A stretch of DNA of 64,000 nucleotides from Nocardioides sp. (GCF_030149505.1 NZ_JASBRN010000072.1:34482-98481); one strand, 5' to 3'. Numbered from the stretch's first letter, positions 18,344 to 28,023 are shown. Translations and numbers: made by a program. The notes: generated from the letters alone by a model not told the origin.

Positions 18344-19237
18344 GTGCGCTTCTCGATCAGCACCGCCTACCTGCCCCTGACCGAGCTCCCGGCCCTCGCG
18401 GTGGCCGCCGACCGGCTGGGGTACGACGCCATGGCCGTCCCCGACCACGTGGTGGACCTGGAGACCCTCCAGACGCCGTACCCTTACACCCGTGACGGCG
18501 CCCGGCGCTGGGACCACGACGCCGCCTGGCCCGATCCCTGGGTGCTCGTCGGGGCGCTCGCGGCCGTGACGACCCGACTGCGCTTCTTCACCTCGGTGTA
18601 CGTGCCGGCGCTGCGCAGTCCCTTCCAGGTCGCGAAGTCCGTCGGGACCGCGGCGGTGCTCTCGGGCAACCGGGTGGCCCTCGGCATCGGGATCGGCTGG
18701 TGCCGCGAGGAGTTCGAGCTGCTGGGGCAGGACTTTTCCACCCGCGGCAAGCGGACCGACGAGGCGCTGGCGCTGATGGAGCAGCTGTGGCAGCCCGGCT
18801 GGACGGAGTTCGAGGGCACCCACTACGCCGCGCCGCGGCTGGTCATGGAGCCGACCCCCACCGCACGCATCCCCGTGTACGTCGGCGGGCTGAGCGAGGT
18901 CGCGATGCGCCGGGCCGCGCGGCACGACGGCTGGGTCGGGGACCTCTACACGGTCGAGGAGGCTGCCGGGCACGCCGCGACGCTGGCCCGGATGCGCGAG
19001 GAGACCGGCAACGAGCGCGACTTCTCCTTCATCACCGCGCTGACCGACGCCTTCCTGCCCGAGCAGTTCGCGGCCGCGGAGGAGCGCGGGGTGACCGACG
19101 TGATGACGATGCCGTGGGCCTACTACCACGGCCTCGACGTGGGCCTGGAGCAGAAGCTCGACGGGATGGAGCGCTTCGCCGCCGACGTGCTGCGCCCGCT
19201 CGGCATCACGCCCGCCGCGACGGTCCCGGAGATGTAG
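18344..19237 (+). CDS. LLM-class probable F420-dependent oxidoreductase
   Basis: MAVPDHVV, WPDPWV, LGIGIGWCREEF, RRAARHDGW. Confidence 0.9.
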   Translation: MRFSISTAYLPLTELPALAVAADRLGYDAMAVPDHVVDLETLQTPYPYTRDGARRWDHDAAWPDPWVLVGALAAVTTRLRFFTSVYVPALRSPFQVAKSVGTAAVLSGNRVALGIGIGWCREEFELLGQDFSTRGKRTDEALALMEQLWQPGWTEFEGTHYAAPRLVMEPTPTARIPVYVGGLSEVAMRRAARHDGWVGDLYTVEEAAGHAATLARMREETGNERDFSFITALTDAFLPEQFAAAEERGVTDVMTMPWAYYHGLDVGLEQKLDGMERFAADVLRPLGITPAATVPEM

Positions 19238-19238
19238 A

Positions 19239-19270
19239 GAACCGCTGGGGTCTCGGGTCCCCAGCGGTTC
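19239..19270 (+). terminator. Hairpin terminator after LLM gene
   Basis: GAACCGCTGGGG / CCCCAGCGGTTC 12-bp stem directly after stop. Confidence 0.65.
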
Positions 19271-19373
19271 GAGGTCAACACTAGGCGCCGGTAGGGCACC
19301 TGTCACCCGAATCCCGCGATCGCCCACCATCCGGGCGAACTGGTCCAGGCCACCGCGGCGCTACATTCGACCG

Positions 19374-19748
19374 GTGAGCACCCCGCACGAGCCCACCCAG
19401 GCCGTCACCGACCCGCAGCCCGACCCCGCCCCGGAGTCGACGGACGGGACCCCCGAGCCGACGACGACCAGTCCGGTGCGCGGCGACGACCCGCTGCGCG
19501 GCTCGCGCACCAGCGGCGTCTGGGTGGCCACCGTCGGCCTGGGGCTGCTGCTCGTGCTCCTCGTGGTCTTCATCGCACAGAACACCGACACGACCACCGT
19601 GCGCTTCCTGGCGCTCGAGGGCGAGGCGCCGGTCGCGGTCGCGCTCCTCATCGCCACCGCCGCGGGCATCCTGCTCACCGCCAGTGCCGGCACGCTGCGG
19701 ATCCTCCAGCTGCGCCGCCGGACCCGCAAGGACCTCAAGCGTCGCTGA
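19374..19748 (+). CDS. LapA/DUF1049-family small membrane protein
   Basis: TM-FIAQNT..TVRFL-TM-LRILQLRR pattern; TACATT six nt upstream. Confidence 0.8.
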   Translation: MSTPHEPTQAVTDPQPDPAPESTDGTPEPTTTSPVRGDDPLRGSRTSGVWVATVGLGLLLVLLVVFIAQNTDTTTVRFLALEGEAPVAVALLIATAAGILLTASAGTLRILQLRRRTRKDLKRR

Positions 19749-19778
19749 GCCGACGCTCGACCCGGCCCCGACGTGGGC

Positions 19779-20294
19779 TCAGCCCAGCGTCAGGTCCACC
19801 ATCAGCTCGTCGGCGATCTGCTCGAGGGCTGCCCGCAGCGTCTCGAGGTCGCCGTCGACCGGCGCGACCAGCTCGGCGGTGACCTCGAAGAGCAGTCCCC
19901 CGGCCATCGGCGCCTCGCGCAGCCCGGTCGCCAGCGACTCGATGCCCACGCCGTGCGCGGCGATCGTGCGGGAGATCTCCGCGACGATGCCGGGGCGGTC
20001 GGTGCCGAGCAGGTGCAGTCCCACGGCGGCCACCTGCTGCTCGGCCGGCTCGTCGGTGCGGCGCACGTCGACCCGCAGGCCGTCCGCCTCGAGCGCAGCC
20101 AGGTCACGCTCGAGCGCCTCGACCTCGCCGGTCGGGACGCTCACGAGCACGATGCCGGCGAACTCACCGGCCAGCCGGGCCATCTGGCTGTGCTGCCAGC
20201 TGCCGCCCCGCGCCTCCACCGGCGCGGAGACGGCCGAGACCAGACCCGGCCGGTCGCGGCCGATGACGGTGAGCACCAGGGTCGCGGATGTCAT
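19779..20294 (-). CDS. GcvR-like tandem ACT-domain protein
   Basis: LVLTVIGRDRPGLV and LHLLGTDRPGIVAEIS ACT repeats; SQMARLAGEFAGI. Confidence 0.88.
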   Translation of the reverse strand: MTSATLVLTVIGRDRPGLVSAVSAPVEARGGSWQHSQMARLAGEFAGIVLVSVPTGEVEALERDLAALEADGLRVDVRRTDEPAEQQVAAVGLHLLGTDRPGIVAEISRTIAAHGVGIESLATGLREAPMAGGLLFEVTAELVAPVDGDLETLRAALEQIADELMVDLTLG

Positions 20295-21289
20295 GGCCCG
20301 GAGCGTACCGACGCGTGCTGGGGTGCCGCCGCCCACGGCATGAGCGGCCGCACGGGAGCCGTCACCGCCCGCGGCAGCAGGTCGATGGCGAGCAGGGCCA
20401 CGAAGCCGGAGATCGTCTTGTCCGCCAAGGAGGTCAGGATGTTGGCCGAGGCGACCGCGAGCCACAAGGACTTCACCGTCTCCTGGATCGCGTCGATCAC
20501 GTCGTCGGCGCCGTTGCCGGTCTCCCCGCCCAGGGCGATGATGATCGGGACCGCGAGGCTCGTGCAGACGAGGGCCGTCAGGCAGTTCAGCGCGAAGAAC
20601 CGCGGCAACGTGCGGCCCATCCGCCACCGTCGTACGCCGTAGCCCCAGACCAGGGCCCCGGCGACGTTGACGATGGCGAACGGGATCGAGCCGCTGCCGG
20701 ACACGGCCACGCCGAGCAGGTTGGTACTCAGGCCGACACCGGCGCCCCACCAAGGCCCCAGGATCACCGCGGCCACGGCCGTGCCGACCATGTCGAGGTA
20801 GAGCGGGATCTCCGGGATCACCACCACCAGGACCCGACCCACCATGTTGACCACGACGCAGCCCAGCGCCACGAGCAGGCCTGCCCGCACCGTCGCGGGC
20901 GGGGGTGGAGTGGCCGGCGTGGTCGGTGGCGCGGAGGTCGGAGGTGGCGGCGTGGTGTCCGAGGGGGCCGGGGCGGCCGGCTCCTCGGCGCGCGGGGGGA
21001 AGGCCTCGGCGAGGCGAGCGGTGCGGCAGCGCTCGTCCCAGTCGGCGACCTCGTCCTCGTCGGCGCCGAGCGCGCGCACGATGTCGAGGACCAGCGCGGC
21101 GTCCAGCCGCCGCCGGCCGGTGCGGAACGCGTCGTACACCGTGGTGCGGGCGGGCCGCGCCGTGGCGTCGGGCCCGCCGCGCGCCTCGCGCAGCCGGGCG
21201 ATCCGCAGGGCGATCTCGGCGTACGACGGGCTTCCGGCATCCGTGCGTCGGACCTGCAGGTCCTCCGCTATCCGGTCGAACGCCGTCAT
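20291..21289 (-). CDS. Fusion of HTH-like N-terminal domain and ECF-transporter S-component-like domain
   Basis: N-term AGSPSYAEIA...ARTTVYDAFRTGRRR; Pro-rich linker; C-term LYLDMVGTAVAAVILGPWWGAGVG...FAIVNVAGALVWG...DKTIS. Confidence 0.7.
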   Translation of the reverse strand: MTAFDRIAEDLQVRRTDAGSPSYAEIALRIARLREARGGPDATARPARTTVYDAFRTGRRRLDAALVLDIVRALGADEDEVADWDERCRTARLAEAFPPRAEEPAAPAPSDTTPPPPTSAPPTTPATPPPPATVRAGLLVALGCVVVNMVGRVLVVVIPEIPLYLDMVGTAVAAVILGPWWGAGVGLSTNLLGVAVSGSGSIPFAIVNVAGALVWGYGVRRWRMGRTLPRFFALNCLTALVCTSLAVPIIIALGGETGNGADDVIDAIQETVKSLWLAVASANILTSLADKTISGFVALLAIDLLPRAVTAPVRPLMPWAAAPQHASVRSGP

Positions 21290-21460
21290 GCCCCCATCAC
21301 GCCGAGCAGCCTAGTCGTGGCAGCCCAGTGACACCTCCCCTTCACCTCAACACGTGCCCTGGTCCCCGACGACCGCAGCGGGGGCCGGTGCGGGACCGCC
21401 GACCCGCGGCCCCCGTCGTCGCGGGGGCCACGGGTCGGCGGCGGGGATCGGCGGCGGGGG

Positions 21461-22474
21461 TCAGCGCAGGGTCACCTTACGGGGCGCCGAGGCGGACCCG
21501 GCGACCTGCGCGGAGCCGGCGTACGTCGCCACCAGCACGTGCTTGCCCGCGCGCAGCCTCGGCAGCCGCACGGTGGCGACGCCGTCCTGCACGGTGCCGC
21601 GGGCGATCTGCCGGCCCTTATCGGTGACGACGACCTCGCCGGACGCGGGCCGGTCGCTCGCGACGGTGATCCGGGCCGTGCCCTTGCGTCGGGTGGAGAC
21701 GGTGAAGTCGGCCCGGGTGGTGGAGTCGACCTGGTCACCGGGCTGGTCCTGGCCGCCGCCGGCGAAGAGCCCGACGTACGGCGTGACGTACTGCTTGTCG
21801 CCGCCGTGGCCACCGACGGTGAAGGCGATCTGCAGGTGGTCGCCGGCCTGCGAGACCGGGCACGGCGCCGTGCCCTCGCGGCGCGACTGGCACTCGGGCT
21901 GCTGGGTGGCGGGCCCCTTCAGCACGCGGGTGGCGCGCACCGGGAACTGCAGCTCCAGGATGTCGCCCTGGCGCAGCGTGAAGGGGGTGAAGTCGGCGTT
22001 GCCCACCAGGATGCCGCCGTTCTGGCCGTGGTCGAAGGCGAGCGGCTCGGTCCCGAGGTCCTGCTGCTCGCCGGCCTCGGTCAGGTCCCAGCGCACGTCC
22101 TCGTCGACGAACTCGATGCCGCTCGGCACGAGGATCTCGGGCAGCACGGCGACCTTGCCGCTGCAGGGCATCCCGACCAGGCCGATGTAGCCCCGCAGGT
22201 AGAACTTCTCGCCCACCTCGGGCACCTGGCCGTCGGGCGACCTCCAGCTGACGTTGGCGCTGACGCCGGTCGCGGGGCTGCCGGTGATGCAGGAGACGAG
22301 GGTGTCCTCGTCGTGCAGCCCGTCCTGCCACTCCGCGGTGGCGGCGGCGGCGGGGGCCAGACCGCCCCCGACCAGCGTCGCGGCAGCCAGGGAGGTGGCC
22401 AGCGAGGTGACCAGGGTGGCGCCGAGCGCTCGACGTCGGAGGGGTCGGGGGGCGGTGGTGCTGGGGGCGGACAT
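21461..22474 (-). CDS. Secreted protein with C-terminal bacterial Ig-like domain
   Basis: Signal peptide, Cys-containing unknown N domain, C-term ASGEVVV...GVATVRLPRLRAGKHVLVATYAGS; AGGAAGGA SD. Confidence 0.8.
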   Translation of the reverse strand: MSAPSTTAPRPLRRRALGATLVTSLATSLAAATLVGGGLAPAAAATAEWQDGLHDEDTLVSCITGSPATGVSANVSWRSPDGQVPEVGEKFYLRGYIGLVGMPCSGKVAVLPEILVPSGIEFVDEDVRWDLTEAGEQQDLGTEPLAFDHGQNGGILVGNADFTPFTLRQGDILELQFPVRATRVLKGPATQQPECQSRREGTAPCPVSQAGDHLQIAFTVGGHGGDKQYVTPYVGLFAGGGQDQPGDQVDSTTRADFTVSTRRKGTARITVASDRPASGEVVVTDKGRQIARGTVQDGVATVRLPRLRAGKHVLVATYAGSAQVAGSASAPRKVTLR

Positions 22475-22606
22475 GGTGGTCCTTCCTGTGGGGGGTCGGT
22501 TCGGTGGACCGACCCTCGCGGTCCCCGCGTCCCGGCCCCCAGGGGCTGCAGCACCCCTCGTGTCCCCCCGTTGTCCCGGCTCCCCGGGACACGGCTCAGC
22601 CCCGGG

Positions 22607-24190
22607 TCACTCCCACTCGATGGTGCCCGGCGGCTTGCTGGTGACGTCGAGGGTGACCCGGTTGACCTCGGGCACCTCGTTGGTGATCCGGGTGGAGATC
22701 CGCTCCAGCACCTCGAAGGGCAGCCGGGCCCAGTCGGCGGTCATGGCGTCCTCGGAGGTGACCGGGCGCAGGACGACCGGGTGGCCGTAGGTGCGACCGT
22801 CGCCCTGGACGCCGACGGACCGGACGTCGGCGAGCAGCACGACCGGCATCTGCCAGATGTCACGGTCCAGGCCGGCGCGGGTCATCTCCTCGCGGGCGAT
22901 GGCGTCGGCCTCGCGCAGGACGTCGAGCCGTTCGCGGGTGACCTCGCCGATGATCCGGATCCCCAGGCCGGGTCCGGGGAACGGGTGGCGCCACACGATC
23001 TCGGGCGGCAGCCCGAGCTGCTCGCCCACCAGCCGCACCTCGTCCTTGAACAGGGTGCGCAGGGGCTCGACGAGCTCGAACTCCAGATCCTCGGGCAGTC
23101 CGCCGACGTTGTGGTGGCTCTTGATCGTCGAGGCGCCCGCTCCTCCGCCGGACTCCACGACGTCCGGATAGAGGGTGCCCTGCACCAGGAAGGCGACCTT
23201 GTCACCGTCGTCGCCGCTGACGGCGTCGGCGAGGATCTCCCGCTCGGCGGCCTCGAAGGTGCGGATGAACTCGCGGCCGATGATCTTGCGCTTCTCCTCG
23301 GGGTCGCTGACCCCGGCGAGCGCGTCGAGGAACTGCTTCTCGGCGTCCACGACCCGCAGGTCGACGCCGGTCGCGGCCACGAAGTCCCGCTCGACCTGCT
23401 CGGTCTCGCCCTTGCGCATCAGGCCGTGGTCGACGTAGACGCAGGTGAGCCGGTCACCGATCGCGCGCTGCACGATCGCCGCCGCCACCGCGGAGTCCAC
23501 GCCGCCGGACAGCCCGCAGATGGCCTGGCCACGGTCGCCGATCTGGCTACGGATCTTCTCGATCTGCTCCTCGACGATGTTGACCATCGTCCACGTCGGG
23601 CGGCAGCCGGCGATGTCCCACAGGAAGTGCTCGAGCACCTTCTGGCCGTGCTCGGAGTGCAGGACCTCCGGGTGCCACTGCACCCCGGCCAGGCCGCGGC
23701 CGACGTCCTCGAAGGCCGCCACCGGGGTGACGTCGGTGGAGGCCAGCACGGTGAAACCGGCCGGGGCGGCCGAGACGGAGTCGCCGTGCGACATCCACAC
23801 CCTGTGCTCGGCGGGTACGTCGGCGAGCAGCGTGCCCGGCTCGGTGACCCGGACCGGGGTGCGGCCGTACTCCCGCGCGCCGGTCGCCGCCACGGTGCCG
23901 CCCAGGCCGCGGGCCATCAGCTGGAAGCCGTAGCACATCCCGAAGACCGGGGTCCCCGAGGTGAAGATCGCCTCGTCGATGCCGGGCGCGTCCTCGGCGT
24001 ACACCGAGGAGGGCCCGCCGGAGAGGATGATCGCCTTCGGGCCACGGGCCAGCATCTCCGCGACCGGCATGTGGTGCGGCACGATCTCGGAGTAGACCCG
24101 CGCCTCGCGGACGCGCCGGGCGATCAGCTGCGCGTACTGCGCCCCGAAGTCGACGACGAGGACCAGGTCGTGCTCAGGGGCATCCGTCAT
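22607..24190 (-). CDS. guaA: GMP synthase (glutamine-hydrolyzing)
   Basis: [53 protein letters not shown]. Confidence 0.98.
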   Translation of the reverse strand: MTDAPEHDLVLVVDFGAQYAQLIARRVREARVYSEIVPHHMPVAEMLARGPKAIILSGGPSSVYAEDAPGIDEAIFTSGTPVFGMCYGFQLMARGLGGTVAATGAREYGRTPVRVTEPGTLLADVPAEHRVWMSHGDSVSAAPAGFTVLASTDVTPVAAFEDVGRGLAGVQWHPEVLHSEHGQKVLEHFLWDIAGCRPTWTMVNIVEEQIEKIRSQIGDRGQAICGLSGGVDSAVAAAIVQRAIGDRLTCVYVDHGLMRKGETEQVERDFVAATGVDLRVVDAEKQFLDALAGVSDPEEKRKIIGREFIRTFEAAEREILADAVSGDDGDKVAFLVQGTLYPDVVESGGGAGASTIKSHHNVGGLPEDLEFELVEPLRTLFKDEVRLVGEQLGLPPEIVWRHPFPGPGLGIRIIGEVTRERLDVLREADAIAREEMTRAGLDRDIWQMPVVLLADVRSVGVQGDGRTYGHPVVLRPVTSEDAMTADWARLPFEVLERISTRITNEVPEVNRVTLDVTSKPPGTIEWE

Positions 24191-24286
24191 GGGCCGCATC
24201 GTATCGGCGGGCGGCGTCCCGCTCCCCCGCCAGGTCGGCGTCTGGGCACCAGCCGGCACGGGCCGGAGGGACAGCCGTAAATGCAC

Positions 24287-24395
24287 CAGGGCCCGGCCGG
24301 GGAGGGAGGGTGGCCGGGCCCTGATCGTCCACGCTCTGCTGGACAGCGCCTGGACCGCGACCCGGCCTTGTGGGAGGGAGCATGACTGCCGGGTC
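24287..24395 (-). ncRNA. Candidate small RNA with two CUCCCUCCC-loop hairpins
   Basis: Stems 24287-98/24312-23 (12 bp) and 24359-66/24388-95 (8 bp), both loops carrying CTCCCTCCC on the minus strand, plus a central hairpin; no expression evidence. Confidence 0.4.
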
Positions 24396-24474
24396 TGACC
24401 ACCTCAACGACGGCCCGGGGCCGGGGTTACGTCCGGGTGACGCCGGTCGTGGGAAAACTTTCCCGGTCTAGACG

Positions 24475-24509
24475 TCGACCCCTCCCGGCCGGTGGCCGGG
24501 AGGGGTCGA
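24475..24509 (-). terminator. Hairpin terminator after choD
   Basis: Perfect 16-bp stem TCGACCCCTCCCGGCC / GGCCGGGAGGGGTCGA. Confidence 0.7.
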
Positions 24510-24537
24510 GGTGGGTGTCCAGCGATGCGGCTGCGGG

Positions 24538-26262
24538 TCAGGAGACCCCGACGATCGGCAGCCGCAGCGCGCCCGGGGCAGCCTCGGGCACCGCAGGCGC
24601 GGCCGGCGGCACCGGGGCGATGCGCTGGTAGTCGGCGCCGAGCGGGGGCCGCGCGTCGGCCTCGCCCTTGTTGGGCCACATCGCCATCATCCGCTCCGCC
24701 TGGGCGGTGATGGTCAGCGACGGGTTGACGCCGAGGTTGGCGCTGATCGCCGAGCCGTCGGCGATGTGCAGGCCCGGGTAGCCGTAGACGCGCTGGTAGG
24801 CGTCGATGACGCCGGTCTCCGGCGAGTCACCGATCGCGCAGCCGCCGATGAAGTGCGCGGTCAGCGGCATGTTGAACGGCTCGCCGATGTTGCCGCCCGG
24901 GGTGCCCCCCAGGACGCCGGCGATGCGGCGCACGGCGTCGTTCGCGACCGGGATCCAGGTCGGGTTCGGGGCGCCGTGGCCCTGGCGGGAGGTCATCCGC
25001 CAACCCAGCAGCCCCTTCTTGCCGTACGTCGTGATCGAGTTGTCCAGCGACTGCATGACCAGCGCGATGACGGTGCGCTCGGACCAGTGCTTGAGGTCGT
25101 AGAGCTCCTTGATGTTCGAGCGCTGCGTCCACAGCTCCTTCAGCCAGGCGCGCCAGCGCGGGCCGTCGCCGTCACCGTCGGTGAGGACGGTCTGCATCAT
25201 CGCCATCGTGTTGAAGCCCTTGCCGTAGCGGCAGGGCTCGATGTGGGTGTCCTCGTCGGGGTGGAAGCTCGAGGTGATGGCGACGCCGTAGGAGTAGTCC
25301 GTGGTGTCGCTGGACGGCGCGATCGCCCCGAGGATCGACTCGGAGTTGGTGCGCGAGAGGTAGCCGAGCCGGTCGGAGAGCTTGGGCAGGACGCCCTCGT
25401 CCTTGAGCCGGTGCAGCAGCTTCTGGGTGCCGAGCGAGGCTGCGGCGAAGATGACGTGCTCGGCGGTGAGGGTGCGCGTGGTGCGCGGCGTGGCGCGCTT
25501 GGCCTTGGTGAACTTCACCGCGACGTCGTACCCGCCGCCGTCGCGGGGGCTGACCTGGGTCACCGTGGTCAGCGGCATCACCTTCGCGCCGTTCTGCTCG
25601 GCGAGGTAGAGGTAGTTCTTGACCAGGGTGTTCTTGGCGTTGTGGCGGCAGCCCGACATGCACTCGCCGCAGTTGCGGCAGGGGTTGCGGTCGGGGCCGG
25701 CGCCGCCGAAGTAGGGGTCGGCCACGACCTGGTCGGGGTCGGCTCCGGGCCCGCCGAAGAAGACGCCCACCGGCGTCGGGTGGAAGGTGTCGCCGACACC
25801 CATGTCCGAGGCGACCTTCTCCATCACGTCGTCGGCCGGCGTGCGGACGGGGTTCTCCACGACGCCGAGCATCCGCTTGGCCTGGTCGTAGTAGGGCGCG
25901 AGCTCCTCGCGCCAGTCGGTGATGTGGCTCCACTGGGCGTCCTTGTAGAACGCCGGGAGCGGTTCGTAGAGGGTGTTGGCGTAGACCAGCGAACCACCGC
26001 CCACGCCGGCACCGGCGACGATCAGGGTGTCGCGCACCGCGTCGATGCGCTGGATGCCGTAGCAGCCCAGGGCCGGTGCCCAGAGGTACTTGGTGATGTC
26101 GAGGGTGCCCTTGGAGAAGTCCTTGTCCTCGAAGCGGGGACCCGCCTCGATGACGCCGACCTTGTAGCCCTTCTCGGTCAGCCGCAGCGCGGAGACCGAG
26201 CCGCCGAAGCCGGAGCCGATGACGAGGACGTCGTAGTCGAACCGGCGCGTGGTGTCGCTCAT
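24538..26262 (-). CDS. choD: GMC-family oxidoreductase, ChoD-like (annotated cholesterol oxidase)
   Basis: VLVIGSGFGGSVSALRL, GAGVGGGSLVYANT, GCRHNAKNTL, TAHFIGG, NLGVNPSLTITAQAER; conserved position near guaA/guaB. Confidence 0.9.
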   Translation of the reverse strand: MSDTTRRFDYDVLVIGSGFGGSVSALRLTEKGYKVGVIEAGPRFEDKDFSKGTLDITKYLWAPALGCYGIQRIDAVRDTLIVAGAGVGGGSLVYANTLYEPLPAFYKDAQWSHITDWREELAPYYDQAKRMLGVVENPVRTPADDVMEKVASDMGVGDTFHPTPVGVFFGGPGADPDQVVADPYFGGAGPDRNPCRNCGECMSGCRHNAKNTLVKNYLYLAEQNGAKVMPLTTVTQVSPRDGGGYDVAVKFTKAKRATPRTTRTLTAEHVIFAAASLGTQKLLHRLKDEGVLPKLSDRLGYLSRTNSESILGAIAPSSDTTDYSYGVAITSSFHPDEDTHIEPCRYGKGFNTMAMMQTVLTDGDGDGPRWRAWLKELWTQRSNIKELYDLKHWSERTVIALVMQSLDNSITTYGKKGLLGWRMTSRQGHGAPNPTWIPVANDAVRRIAGVLGGTPGGNIGEPFNMPLTAHFIGGCAIGDSPETGVIDAYQRVYGYPGLHIADGSAISANLGVNPSLTITAQAERMMAMWPNKGEADARPPLGADYQRIAPVPPAAPAVPEAAPGALRLPIVGVS

Positions 26263-26267
26263 GTGTG

Positions 26268-27890
26268 TCAGGCCCTTCCCAGCTTCTTCATCAGGCGCAG
26301 GTTCGCCGTCATGACGGCGGCGTACTGCTCGTCGGACATGCCCAGCATCGGGGCGAAGCGCACCAGGCGCTGCGTGCCCACCGACTGGGACTCGGTGTAG
26401 CGGTGGATGCCCTCGCTGCCCTGGCGACGGCCCATGCCGGACTCGCGCATGCCGCCCATCGGGGAGTCGATGCTCGCGAACGTGGCCCCGAAGGCCTCGT
26501 TGATGTTGACGGTGCCGCACTTGACCTGTCGCGCCATGGCCCGGGCGCGGGCCCCGTCGCGGCTGTAGATCGAGGCGTTGAGGCCGTACTCACCGTCGTT
26601 GGCACGGGCCACGGCCTCGGCCTCGTCGTGGAAGCGGTAGACCGAGATGACCGGTCCGAAGGTCTCCTCGCCGAAGCACGTCATGTCGGGGGTGACCCCC
26701 TCGAGGATCGTGGGCTCGAAGAAGAACGGGCCGAGGTCGGGGCGCGCCTTGCCGCCGGCCAGCACGCGTGCGCCCTTGGCGACGGCGTCCTCGACGTGGC
26801 GGGTCACGGTGTCGAGCTGGTCCTGGCTGATGAGCGAACCCATGTCGGTGCCCCACTCCAGGGTCGCGCCCAGGGTCATCGCCTGCGTGCGCGCCACGAA
26901 CCGCTCCACGAACCGGTCGTAGACCTGGTCGGCGACGAACAGCCGCTCGGTGGACACGCAGAGCTGGCCGGCGTTGGAGAACGAAGCCCGCACGGCCCCC
27001 TCGGCGGCGCGCTCGACGTCGGCGTCGCGCAGCACGAGCATCGGGTTCTTGCCGCCGAGCTCCAGCGAGCAGCCGATCAGCCGCTCGGCGCAGCCGGCCG
27101 CGACCCGCTTGCCGGTCGCGGTCGAGCCGGTGAAGCAGATGTAGTCGGCCTTCGCGATGACCGAGGTGCCCACGCGGGAGCCGGGGCCCGCCAGGACCTG
27201 CCACAGGTCCTTGGGGAAGCCGGCCTCCTCGAGGAGCTGTGCGCCGTAGAGGGCGGTCAGCATGGTCTGGGCGTCGGGCTTGGTGACCACGGCGTTGCCG
27301 GCGAGCAGGGCCGGGAGGCCGTCGCACAGCGCCATGGTGAAGGGGTAGTTCCAGGGCGAGATGATGCCGACGACGCCCTTGGGCACGCGGTTGACCTCGA
27401 CCCGGGTCAGGCCGGGCACCACGCCGAGCTTGCGCTGGGTGCCGAGGTGCTGCTGGGCGGTGCGTGCGTAGTAGCGCGCGGTCAGCGCGATGTGCAGCGG
27501 CTCGTCGAACGCGTGCTTGCGGGCCTTGCCCGACTCCCACACGATCAGGTCGAGGATCTCCTCCTGGCGCTCGAGCACGAGGTCGTGCAGACGCATGAGG
27601 ATCGCCGAGCGGTGCTCCAGGCTGGTGCGGGCCCAGGACTCCTGCGCGCGCCGGGCCCGGGCGAAGGCCTCGACCACGTCCTCCTCGCGCGACTGCGGGA
27701 TGTGCGCCAGCGGCGCGCCGCTCAGCGGCGTGCGCACCTCCTTGGTCTCCCCCGAGGTGGCCAGGATCCGGCGCGTCAGCGCCTCGACGTACTCCGGCTC
27801 CAGGGCGTACGCCGCGGTCGGGTCGTGCTCGGGGTCGTGCGGCCCGTCGACGAGCGGGCTGCCTGCGGGGTCGGGGCTCGAGGCGCTCAT
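26268..27890 (-). CDS. Succinate-semialdehyde dehydrogenase-like aldehyde dehydrogenase
   Basis: ISPWNYP, FTGSTATG, LELGGKNP, NAGQLC, EETFGP; 5 nt upstream of choD start. Confidence 0.92.
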   Translation of the reverse strand: MSASSPDPAGSPLVDGPHDPEHDPTAAYALEPEYVEALTRRILATSGETKEVRTPLSGAPLAHIPQSREEDVVEAFARARRAQESWARTSLEHRSAILMRLHDLVLERQEEILDLIVWESGKARKHAFDEPLHIALTARYYARTAQQHLGTQRKLGVVPGLTRVEVNRVPKGVVGIISPWNYPFTMALCDGLPALLAGNAVVTKPDAQTMLTALYGAQLLEEAGFPKDLWQVLAGPGSRVGTSVIAKADYICFTGSTATGKRVAAGCAERLIGCSLELGGKNPMLVLRDADVERAAEGAVRASFSNAGQLCVSTERLFVADQVYDRFVERFVARTQAMTLGATLEWGTDMGSLISQDQLDTVTRHVEDAVAKGARVLAGGKARPDLGPFFFEPTILEGVTPDMTCFGEETFGPVISVYRFHDEAEAVARANDGEYGLNASIYSRDGARARAMARQVKCGTVNINEAFGATFASIDSPMGGMRESGMGRRQGSEGIHRYTESQSVGTQRLVRFAPMLGMSDEQYAAVMTANLRLMKKLGRA

Positions 27891-27947
27891 GTACCGAGAG
27901 TATGTGACCGGGGTCTCCGTCACTACCCTTCGGTAGACAAGTGAGGC

Positions 27948-27976
27948 GCTTGACACATTCCTTTGCTCTGTCAAGC
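27948..27976. promoter_or_regulatory. Inverted repeat upstream of the gabD-like/choD operon
   Basis: GCTTGACA-N13-TGTCAAGC. Confidence 0.4.
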
Positions 27977-27992
27977 AGTCTGTGCCGAGCGC

Positions 27993-28023
27993 AGGCCCCC
28001 GGACCGGAGCGGTCCGGGGGCCT
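27993..28023 (-). terminator. Hairpin terminator
   Basis: Perfect 14-bp stem AGGCCCCCGGACCG / CGGTCCGGGGGCCT downstream of 28068 stop. Confidence 0.65.

Noticed and set aside
19260-19280. GGTTCGA as a tRNA T-loop
   Set aside because: Part of a terminator stem; no cloverleaf
22475-22606. Structured leader of the Ig-like protein gene as a c-di-AMP or c-di-GMP riboswitch
   Set aside because: GC-rich hairpins are present but no conserved aptamer motifs; probably includes the guaA terminator
24191-24474. Purine riboswitch upstream of guaA
   Set aside because: No purine-riboswitch core sequence; guaA appears leaderless
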